Of a stretch of DNA of 64,000 nt, positions 1 to 11,600 are shown piece by piece. The DNA comes from Diadema antillarum. Lineage: Eukaryota. The stretch is taken from NCBI RefSeq assembly GCF_040938485.1, contig NW_027271188.1, positions 1,054,001 to 1,118,000 of the forward strand. Direction: 5' to 3'. The position numbers and the translations under genes were made by a program. The notes beneath the pieces were generated by a model. It was not told the origin of the DNA. It made no database searches and worked only from the letters and a program-made list of their open reading frames with translations. Position 1 is the first letter of the stretch. Each line of letters starts with the position of its first letter.

Positions 1-469
1 AGATAGTCTTTACATAGTGTGTGTTTTTTTTTATTTGAATATGAGGGCAGTTTAAAGTAATTTGGAGGGCCTATGATACCTATGACATCTATTGACAAAT
101 AGTAAGCATGCCAACACGGGTGACAAGGATGGGTCTGGGTCTAGAGACAGAGCTGCCAATCTGTGCATATAAAAAAACACATTGATGAAAAAACAATAAC
201 AACAAAACAAATAAACAAACAAATAAAATAAACAAAGATAAATGTATGGATTTTGAAGGCAAATCTCATATTTTGGTTTACAAATAGAAACATTACACAT
301 ACTAAACACACTAAATCAAATCTCTTAAACAAACACACTTCATTAAAAAAAAAATCATATTTTTGAATTCTGATGAAGAAAAAAAACATACAAAAATTTG
401 TAAAAGCACACTAGTTGGCAGCCCCACAGAGACTAACAAAGGCATGGGAGTGAGTTCTTGGCTACTCAC

Positions 470-3400
470 TTTTGACCGGCAGATGACCCCCTAGCTCACA
501 GCAAGCTCCATTGAATGCATCACTGGCCTTCACACCTGTGGAGGAAAAGAGGGCTGTGACATTCCTTGTAGCATCTTTGGTTGTCATGGGAACACATCCT
601 ACCTCATCATCACAGTCTGAGTCACCAAAATTGATCATCGTGACCAAAAATGACAGAATTTCAGACACTCCTCTTACAACATCTACAAACATCCAGTTGT
701 ACTTGGAAGTCAGTCTGCTTCATTAAGTGTCCTCAGAACCCTTTTCCTTGCTTGGACTGTCCACATATTATTATCACAAAATCCATACATCGAGTTCTGA
801 CCGCACCTATACAAGCTACTTCGTTGTTGATTTGGTTTTGAAATTGAGGTGTATTGTGAACTTGACAGAAGTATTCCTGGTGTTTGTCTACAGATTTGTC
901 CCATGGTTGCTGTGTGGTATCACTCTAGCCACTTGTCCAAGTCAAACAAAGCATAACAACAGTGGCTCAATTGGGGGGGAGGGGGGAGGGTGTGCAAGGT
1001 CAATGCAAAGACTCCTCTGACTCCACTGGATAAGAGAGAGTCACAAATGAGATGTACATATTATAAGTTCCCAAATCTATTCACAAATGGGTCTCCTTGT
1101 ATGGATGTACACTGAAATGCTGATTTATCCAGATAAGTTATGTTGAAAAAGAGTACTGCCACACATGTGCCATATCGATAATTACAGTTCTGGTGATAGC
1201 AGAGTGAAATAAACTGACTGAATCATACTCTGGGCATTAAAAAGAAAAAAAAAAGAGTACTCAAAATAAAACTGCATAATATTGTCAAGCTCCGTTGTTT
1301 TGTTTTTAGTCTTCCTTTTCCTTCATGATTCCCATCAGTGGTTTGAGCTGATATTGGGCATGGGCAACTTTACAGCGTAACAAATAATGACATGGTGGCT
1401 GATGCTTTCTTCAGTTTAAGGAAGGATACTAAACATGCATCATACCATAACTGGACAGCCGTGGCCAGAGTAAGAGTCGAACAGTCTGACCATCCTCTTC
1501 TGGGTTTGGGCCAAGGGTGAGCCCCCTGCTGAAGAACATATTGTGAGCAATGTCTTTGTCTTGGAGAAGCTTCACCATGGCGAACAAGTCCCTGTCAAGA
1601 AAAGGGAGAGATGTATATAATTCATGGAGTTTCCGTTGGGCATTACAAAAGATATGTCTGTGACTTTTGGCACTAGTCCCAAATAGACCAAGGCACCCAC
1701 ATTCCTACTTGACAAGTGCTTATTTATTACTAGTCCAATAATGGGTTTAGTTGCCCCGGGACAGCAGGCAAGGGGTTTTGTCACAACATGGACTATATGG
1801 AAGTACATATTACTCTCCATTATATGCATAAAGCTTAAAACTGAACCTTAATGATAACATTACTCAACATCATCAATCCACTTACACATATCCTTAGACT
1901 CATGCCCTGTCGAGCCCTTGCATGATGTATCAAATTACATGCACGAATATAAAACAAACAAATACATAACAAAAAAAAAATATTCTTCTAGCAGTGCCCT
2001 ACAAGCAATACAAGTGAACATAAGTACTAAAAGTGCAGAAAAATTGCAATCATGAGCTGCATTCCTGCACAAAAAGAATTGGGGGTGTTGAACCTGTTAA
2101 GTAACAGGCGCATAATCAAAACTGTTACTTTGAGGTTTCCAAAGGAAGAACGATGGAGAGCAACGGATGATATTCACACGGCAATTCGATGCCTTATACT
2201 TGACAAGAATTCATCGAATTTCACATATACACTCTCAACATTTTTTTCCCCCTTTTGTTCTAAAAATACTCTACTCTTCAGGCTAACATGTCATTTTAAT
2301 GGGAGTGCATGCATACATGTAACTTCTGTGATAAAAGCACAAACCTGATGACAGATTTATAATTCTTCTTTGTCAATGCCAACATGAAGCTTTGAGCTGG
2401 CCAGTCGACAGTCTCATGAAATCTGTTGGCGATCACTTCCCTGGTACGCTGGTAAAACCAAGACAAAGACAGCTTTAGGTTTCTCGATCATTCTTGTTAA
2501 AACCAATTTCCTACATATATAGTACTAGTTTAGGCATGAACAGAAAATCTACAAAAAAAACAAAATAAACAAACAAACAAATTTCTCTTTCTCTTAAAGC
2601 TACATGATGATGACATTTGAAGTATTCATTTCACAGTTATTACTGTCATACTGATGACAAGCTTTCCAAGTTGACAATGTGTGGGAGAGCCTGTGTAGGG
2701 ACTTGAGATAAAGAGCCTCTCTTGACAATATATTCATTACTGCACTGTGATAGCTTATGGAAATATGGTCTACACTATGTCTCATGCATCAGGAGTACAA
2801 CAAGGACCCATCCTCTCAAAACAAGACTGAGATCAAAATCAGGACACGTATATAATATGCTGTCATTAGTCTCATGGGAAACCAATGTGATCCATGCGCT
2901 TCAGTCGATGAATGAGACCATGGGGTTGGCTTCGTTTCACATTGTAAAGAGCTTTGATGCATAACTTTCAAAGCAAAGGTTACGACCTGAAATGGCAGAT
3001 TAAGTTGCAAAGGGATGGGTGATTACGTTCTTCAGCACTTTCATAAAGTAGTTAATCTCATTTAATTCACATTCTCACCCCAACTGACAGAGTGATCAAT
3101 GTACTGTAGGATGTCCTAACTTGTCTGCACCTAAATAGGTCAGTAAGAGTGATTTTTTTTTGGGAGTGAAACAAAAATTTTCAGCTCATACACTGAAACA
3201 AAAAAATACATAATTATGTGCAAGTTTTCTATTCTACCACCATCCTTCCGTAAATAATTGGTTGTTTTTTGATATTCCAGTATTGTCTCAGCCTCTACTT
3301 TGTAAAACACTCAGTATCTGTGTTGTTTTTCCCTCAGAATACAGATGGACTTATTTTGCAGAGAGATTACCAGTAGAGCGTATGCAAAGATTAACAGAGA

Positions 3401-6400
3401 CTATGAGAAGGGTCTGAATTTCCTCACCAAGACCTCATCAAGGACCCCACATTGAAACCAACTGGCTTTGATCTTTCAAGGAAGCAGTGGGTGTCCCTTA
3501 ATAGGATCCGCTCAACCCAAGCCAGGACAGCCTACCACCTCTTAAAAGACAGCCCAGCCTGTGACTGTGATTGTTCTGACCAGACTGTGCTGCATGTTGT
3601 GCAAGACTGCCCCCTTCAGATGCTGTCTAGGCGGCCTTGAGGGAATTAGAGTCTCAACAGATGACGCCCTACCATGGCTTGGCAGTCTAGACTTATTGCT
3701 CTAACAATGCATAATTATGCCATACAATAAGAAGAAGAAATGAAAGCAATAATGACAGATAGCACCCACAATAGCTTTATCCTTTGTATGTCTATGTAAA
3801 AATGGCTGATCCACTGGAGTGTGTGTGTGTGTTTTTTTTTTCCAGTCTGTTTAATAGTGGCCACCTGTTTATTCTTTTTGACATGACACAGTTACAATTC
3901 CTACAAATTAATCTGCACCAAAACAAATGTTTGTAAAATGCCGGGTCTGCATCCCAATACACTCACCATGTATTCAATGGGAAGTCGATGGTCAACATAG
4001 TAGGCATGCATGTGCAGATGGTTGACTGATGCAAAGGCACAGAGACTGTTGTAGCCGATCCGGTAAGATCTGATTCATGAACAAAGACATGTATGCACAG
4101 ACATCATTGATGCCAATACCACAAACACAGGTGCATTTCAGACTCTGAACAAAGGATTCCACAAAGCTCCCTGATACCTACAGACCCACCTATTGGAATT
4201 TATGATATAAATACTGACATAAATCTATCTTCAATCTTTAATATTGTATCAAAGTAAAGAGCTGAATCGTAACAGCCGGTATTCACAAAGACAATCCTGC
4301 ACTATTGCTACAGATAGAGCAAAACTGTTACATTATCCATTAGATTTAAGGCCCAATCCAATTCTATCTATCTATCTTCTTTTTTCTTTTTCAGTACAAT
4401 GACACATAAAGCAAGCATTCGTTGGTTTGGCCATTACAAGTCAAAGAAAAAATAAATACATGCAATCTTACAAACCTGCTTGAACTCAGCAACAATGTTT
4501 CCACACCAATTTGAATCATCTCAAGTGTAGCAATCTACAAGACGAAAGTTAAAATACAGTCATGCAAATACATTATACCAACTGCTGATTAATAATAGAT
4601 TGTACATCACATGATACTAAGGTAAGACTCCCAACTCAAACTGCTTGTGCAGCTGAACATGGGCTATCCAGCCGTCTTGTCAGATAGAAAATGAAAACAA
4701 AACAAAACAGTTCCTGAATATAAAAACACAATTATCCATCTCTGATTTCTTCTTCAAATAGTTTATAATACTGATCTCAAATGGCATCTCACTATTCTAT
4801 CACTGATTACCTTTGACAACTGCCAGTGAGTAGATGTAGATAATACTATGCAAACTTTGTCCAATTTTGTCCAAAATTTTGTCCAAATGGCTGCAAGGAT
4901 GTATTTTACAGTTTCACACAGCACATACATCACACTACTTAAAGACACTAATTGGTAATGTAATATATGAAAGGCAGGACAATATTCTCCATTACCTCCC
5001 TGACTGCAATACACCCCTCCCTCCATTAATTTGGCACTCATTAAAGAGTTTGATTGTTATCCGTATATTTTCTCATCAGACAAAAAGAAGGAGAATGCAA
5101 CATACATTATGGTGGCCAATTAAGAAACTATGTGGGAATATATGCAGGGCTCGACACTAACGGTGGCCAGGTGGCCCGGGGCCACCAAAAATGAAAGTCA
5201 GGCCACCAAATTTCAAAAAAGGGCAAATTTGGTGGCCCGCCTCGGGCCACCAAATTTTTTTGAAAAGTATGTCAGTAAATTCGTAACTTTTTGCGCCGGA
5301 AATTAGCAGTTAAATTTGTTTAAAGGATGGATGAAAAGGACTGAATGAGTGCCTGAGAGTGAGTGTTGCAAGTTTGTTGAAGTTTATTTATGAGTAGATA
5401 TGTCCAACTTCTAATCCTTACTATCATAAAACTTAAATATTTGACTTTTAATGTTTTTTATTGTTTTTTTCGGGACACCAAATTTTTCTCTTGGGCCACC
5501 AAAAATTTGAAATTTAGGATTTTGGTGGCCCCATCGGGCCACCAAATAAAAAAAAATAGTGTCGAGCCATGATATATGTATGTTGAACAATAATATATAC
5601 CTGTAACCACATGTGATAAAGATATGGGCTGAAATGTGGCATATAACCAGACCATCATTTCTCATGACACAAACCCCTTCCCCCTTCTCCATTAATACAT
5701 TATCTCCTCCAGGAACACTCATCTCACCTGTGGTTGACATAATTCTGGTCTTGGGACGAGAAGCACATTACCATACTCAAGGGGACTGATGTTGATGATA
5801 ACCTGGACCTTCTCTACCCTATCATTGTTAGTGCACTGGCCCCCTTCAGTATGAGTTCCATTGGCTTCGTGGGAGATTCCATTTTGCAGAGAGGTTGGAT
5901 TACTGCCTTCATGACTCAATTCCATCAGAATCTGTGCATCAGACATTATATGAGAGTTAAGACATTTTACCTTAACACACTTGTATAGTACCCACAGAGG
6001 CATCCCGGACTTCTTTGACCTATAATGAAAATATGATTAATGTACAATCATCCCTGCAAACACACAAAACCTCTACAATAAGCAAACAGTGACAGCAGTG
6101 CTTGCAGTTCAAATTTTAAATTCACAAGCTTTCAGTGCATGTATTTCGTTGCAACACATCCTCTCGCCATGATGCCATATCTGTGAAAAAAAAACAAAAA
6201 CTAATGTTATTCTTCTAAAATGCAATATCTGAGATTCAACTGTCACTCAACAATCAAAAGAGAAATGAATTCATTTAATCCTTTACACCATGTGAACAAA
6301 TACAAATACAAATAAAAAATGTTTAAATGAATTTAACTGAGATGGAAACAAGAGACCCGGGGGTCTTGCGCTCACCTGAGTATCGCAAGTTCACCTTTCA

Positions 6401-8567
6401 CGCAGGCACTAATCTAAATTACACACAGCTCTACCAAAATTTGACCAGGCATTCTCAAGTAGAAGATGAAAATGTACAATTAGGGCCAAAATTTGGACCC
6501 CCCCCCGCCCCTAACTCATAGTATCAATTTTAGCTCTATCGCTTCTGGTTCTAGAGAAGAAGATTCTTTTTTTTTTGAGGGGGGGGGGGGATTGGGCCCC
6601 CCTGGGGCCCCCTGGTTTAGGCATGGTGCCCATTTTAACAAATTGAGATCCTAACCCGATAGGGATGCTACCTGCGACATTTGGTGAAAATCCATCATGA
6701 GGTTTTCACGAAGAAGATGAAAATGTACAATTTAGGCCCCAATTTGGACCTCTCCACCCCTCCCCCTGCCCCCAAGGGGGCCACCTCCTGGATCTGCTAT
6801 GAACAAACTTGAAACTACAGTCATTAATGTACTAACTCATAGTATTAACTTAGCTCTATCACTTCTGATTCTAGAGAAGATTTTTAAAGATTCCTTCATT
6901 TTTTAGGTTTGGGCCCCTTGGGGCCCTCCAGGTGGGACATGGTGCCCATTTGAACAAATTGAGATCCTATGCCCCTAGGGATGCTACCTGTCAAGTTTGG
7001 TGAAAATGGGTCATGGGGTTCTCAAGAAGAAGATGAAAATGTACAACTTAGGCCTCATTAGGACCCCTCCCCACTCCCTCCCCTGGGTCCCAAGGGGGGC
7101 ATCCCTGATTCCGCCATGCACAAACTTGAAACTACAGTCATCAATGTACTAACTCATAGTATTGACTTAGCTCTATCACTTCTGGTTCTAGAGAAGAAGA
7201 TTTTTAAAGATACCTTAATTTTGGGGGGTTGGGCCCCCCCCCCCCCCCCGGGGGCCCCCTGGGTGGGGCATGGTGCCCATTTTAACAAATTGAGATCCTA
7301 ACACCCTAGGGATGCTACCTGCCAAGTTTGGTAAAAATCGGTCTTTGGGTTTTCAAGAAGAAGATGAAAATGTAAAAACTTTACGCACGACGGACGCCAG
7401 ACGCCGGACGACGCACGATGGACACCAGACGATCGCAATAGCTCACCTGAGCCGAAGGCTAAAAAACCATAACAAGAGACCTGGGGGTCACGCGCTCACC
7501 TGAGTATCGCAAGTTCACCTTCCATGCATTCTTGCAGACTCTTACCTGAGAACATTGGAAACTTATGGTGGGGGTAGCTTTGAGAATGGGGGCATGGTGT
7601 CCATTTACATATTCCATCACTCTGGTAAAAATACCTGCCAAGTACACTGTACTTTATAGAATGTTGGATTATGCAGCTTGGGAAAAAATACTTAAAGCCC
7701 TATCACTTTCGATTAGAACTAGAGAAAAATATTATTGAATATTCATTAATTTAGGAGGTTTGGACCCCCTGGGGCCAACAAGGAAAGCATGGTGCCCATT
7801 CAAACACTTTGAGATCTTATCCCTATGGGAATGCTACTTGAAAAGTTTGGTGAAAATCCATTGTGTTGTTTCCTGTAAGAAAATGAAAATTTAGGCCTGC
7901 ATTTGGACCCCCCATCCCATCCCGCTTCCTTGGGTCCCAAAAGGGGGGGGGGAGGGAGGGTACCCCTGATTCTCCCATGAACAAACTTGAAACAACAGTT
8001 GTCAATATACTGACTCATTGTATTAACTCAGCTCAATCACTTCTGGTTCTAGAGAAAATCTGTAAAGATTCCTTACAAGGGGGGGGGGGGGGCTGGGACC
8101 CCTGGGGCCCCCCAGGTGGGGCATGGTGCCCATTTGATGGAATTAAGATTCTATCCCCTTAGGGATGCTACCTGCCAAGTTTGGTGAAAATTAGTGATAG
8201 GGTTTTCAAGAAAAAGATGAAAATTTACAATTTTGGTCCAAATTTAGGCCCCTTGGGGCCCCCCAGGTGGGGCATGGGGCCCATTTGATGGGAATGAGAT
8301 TATTTCCCCCTAGGGATGCTACCTGCCAACTTTGGTCAAAATTCATAATGGCATTTTGAAGAAAAAGATGACAATGTACACTTTGGGCCCCATTAGGACC
8401 CCTCCCCTGGGTCCCAAGGGGGCACCCCTGATTCTGTCATGAACAAACTTGAAACTACAGTCATCAATGTAGTAATTCATAGTATTAACTTTAATAGCTC
8501 TATCACTTCTGGTTCTAGAGAAGATTTTTTAAGATTCCGTAATTTTGGGGGGTTTGCCCCCCCCCCG

Positions 8568-8617
<50 letters not shown>

Positions 8618-11600
8618 GGGTATGGTGCCCACTTGAACAAATTGAGATCCTATCCCCTAGGGATGCTACATGCCAAGTTTGGTGAAAATCAGTCAAGGGG
8701 TTCTCAAGAAGAAGGCTAGATGACAATGTAAAAGTTTACGCACGCCGGACGACGCACGCCGGACGAAGACTTTTTGGCTCAGGTGAGCCAAAAAGGTACA
8801 AGATGGTGAGTATTACAAAAGAGAGTTTTCCTTTTTTCAACTTACTTCATGTGGTTTGACCTTGTTGAAGTTGAATTCTTGAGGTTTGAATGGTTGTTTG
8901 GTACTCTTGATTTCTTGTGGTACTCGGCGATCAGTGGCTCGTTTGATATTTAACTGGAAATGAAACATAACAAATCTTCAGATTTCCCTCATAGTCATAC
9001 AGGTGTAAAAGCTATCTTGAAAGTCACAGCCCTCTCACCAAGTCCTCAAAACTTCCACAATCTGTTCTTTCATTTGTTCATGCATTCATTAGTCTACAAC
9101 TGGGATGGCATTTTGAGCAAAAGCAAGCTTAACTTTTTTTAAGTGAGAACACTAAATACATTTCAGAAAATTCAAAGAAATACTTCCAACGCACATGTCA
9201 CTACTGATATGCGAATCATACAGTTGAAGGTAGTCCCAATCTGATATCAGAAGCATTCTTCAATGAATTTCATATACAATGGAAATATGGAATAAGATAG
9301 ATGCTTTGTCTGTTATGAGTTCAAAATGCTAGTTTAGTTGGAAATAATCAATATGGTCGACTTGACAGATACGCTCAGCTATGGATCAGCTTCACATCCT
9401 CTTATCTTCTGGATCTCTGTTTGTTCATGTGAATATAGCTTATTGTAAATTTTAGAATATAAACCTTTACATGTTTTTTCTGACTGAGATTATTTTTTTT
9501 CATGGTTAAGGTCAAACATATGTGCTGGTGAAACCCAGTAACAAACATACCAGACTTTTCAGCATATACTGCATACAAAGGATGGAGACAAAAACAGACA
9601 AAAACAACGACAACGGCAACAAAATGGAGGCATAAAAATCCACATACCACAACTTGCTTTAATATAAAAAAAAATATGACCCATTGATGCTTCAGACAAA
9701 AGCTGGTGTAAGCTGAATGACTAAAAAAATAGGCAAAATAACTTTATGGGTGTTCAGGAGTTTGGTGAATCAACAGGCTCACTGAAGCGGTTGAATGGGG
9801 AAAGGGATAGGCACTGGACGGCACATGTGGCACTGCAGAGAATTGGAATATTTCTAGACCACAATACATTGCCTGCGGCCCTGTACACTGGTGTCTCCTT
9901 CACTGCACTCTACAGTCATTGCATACAAGGATCTCTCCACACAATGTATTTCTGCATCAAAATGTGCATAATTTGCAGCTGTGGGCACAATCCTGCCCGA
10001 CTGATGGCACATGACTGGGATTACAGTTAGTTGTTGTGCTTCACAATTAGCTCATCTAGACAGCCATTTGACATACTATATATATTTGTATCTCAAGTAT
10101 CTGGTGTGAGTGGGATAAAGCACATTGCATCACTTCACAATTTGGGGTTGCTTATCACGCCCAATAGATTGGCACATTAACGTGCAACTCACAGTAATCT
10201 CCCAGTTGAAGAGTGGGAACAGAAATATATCAAGTATTTTCTCTAACTTCAACAACTCATATATTCACCTGCCTTTACCACTCCATGGGCTACTTTTATC
10301 CATGAGCAAATCTACTGTAACACTAACAATTTTTGCCTGCATGAAACTTTCAGAAATTACGCAAGGAATCAAGATTCACGAAAGCAAAATGCTCATGAAA
10401 ATTTTTGTCTACTCAATGCATGGAATGCTCTACACCATCATGTTCGGCAATTCACGAAATGTCATGCTGCAAAAAAGCTGTTCGCTGCAATTCACAAAAG
10501 TTTCATGCCGTGATATTTCTGGTTTTACAGTAAACGGACGTAATCAATGTTTCAAATAACACTGAAGATGACAAATTAACTGCGAGTCTGCTAAAAGGAA
10601 GTCTGTTCATCACTGGAAAACCAGTACCAGTAGATGTGTCATCCAAAAAATGTGCTTGGTATTCTATGTTTTCAGTTTAAATTAATGACAACTTAAAGGA
10701 CTCACCTGAGCAACAAAACCGTGTGACCCTTCAATGACCCTTGTTGGGAGGTTGCCAAGGAGGTACCGGAAGAAACCTTTCTCTGCTGCTTCATCCCATC
10801 TTGACAGTAATTCTTTGTCAAACTAAAGAAAATGAATTCAGATCAAACATGCACAGCAAATTCCTGTAATTACTCTAGATGTTTGCCATAAAAATAAAAA
10901 TAACCCTCATGGTAAATGTATAGCCACCCAAGCTTAAATCTTCACATGCAAAGTTTAGTTCCTGTATGGTTACGACATTCACATTTTTCTCAGAAAAAGC
11001 CTGTATTTTTATGGAGAAGTCATTGGCAAATTTGACATTATCTAATTTCAATTATAGACATTGCTGCCGTAAGGATGCCACCACATACATACTTGAATAA
11101 TATACATGTATATTGTGTCTTTAGTACCAACTTCAGAGACTTACAATGTATTTTGAAAGACTGTTGTTCTTTAAAGAAAACAAGGAAAATATTAGTTTGT
11201 TGGGTTTTTTTTGCACAGAGTAAATCAAAGTGTTGGATTCATATCTCATTTTCTTTTCCTTCATGGAGTCCCGGCAAAATACATGCATTTTTAAAAATAA
11301 TTATTTTCCTGGCCTTGATAACCATAGATTGAGAGGAACAGTCCCTCAGCATTATTGTTATGTATAGCTGCTCCTGTTATTTCTGAAACACTTTATGTTA
11401 TATATATAATAAGAGTTTGACTGATGGAATTGTTCTCACTGATTGGAAAAGGGCTAAAACGACGCCTATTTGAATATAAGGGTAAAGGAAGTAAAAATGA
11501 TCCTTCAAATTATAGGACAATTTCTGTCTCTTGTCATGTATCAAAAATTTTTGAAAAGCAGATTAAAGATCAGTTATTGGCAAATCTGCAGCAAAATGAT

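Noticed and set aside
52-309. Possible final GDPGP1 exon (RLAALSLDPD...)
   Set aside because: The good acceptor at ~171 gives this frame only in phase 2, while the preceding donor is phase 1, and no bridging exon was found. The true last exon is probably outside the window.
1415-1430. U12-like GTATCCTT / TTCCTTAAAC motif on the minus strand near a GDPGP1 donor
   Set aside because: The canonical donor at 1445 already gives the homologous frame, and using this site would create a stop.
2600-2660. C/D snoRNA-like ATGATGA...CTGA
   Set aside because: It lies antisense to the host gene, has no convincing terminal stem, and no guide target was identified.
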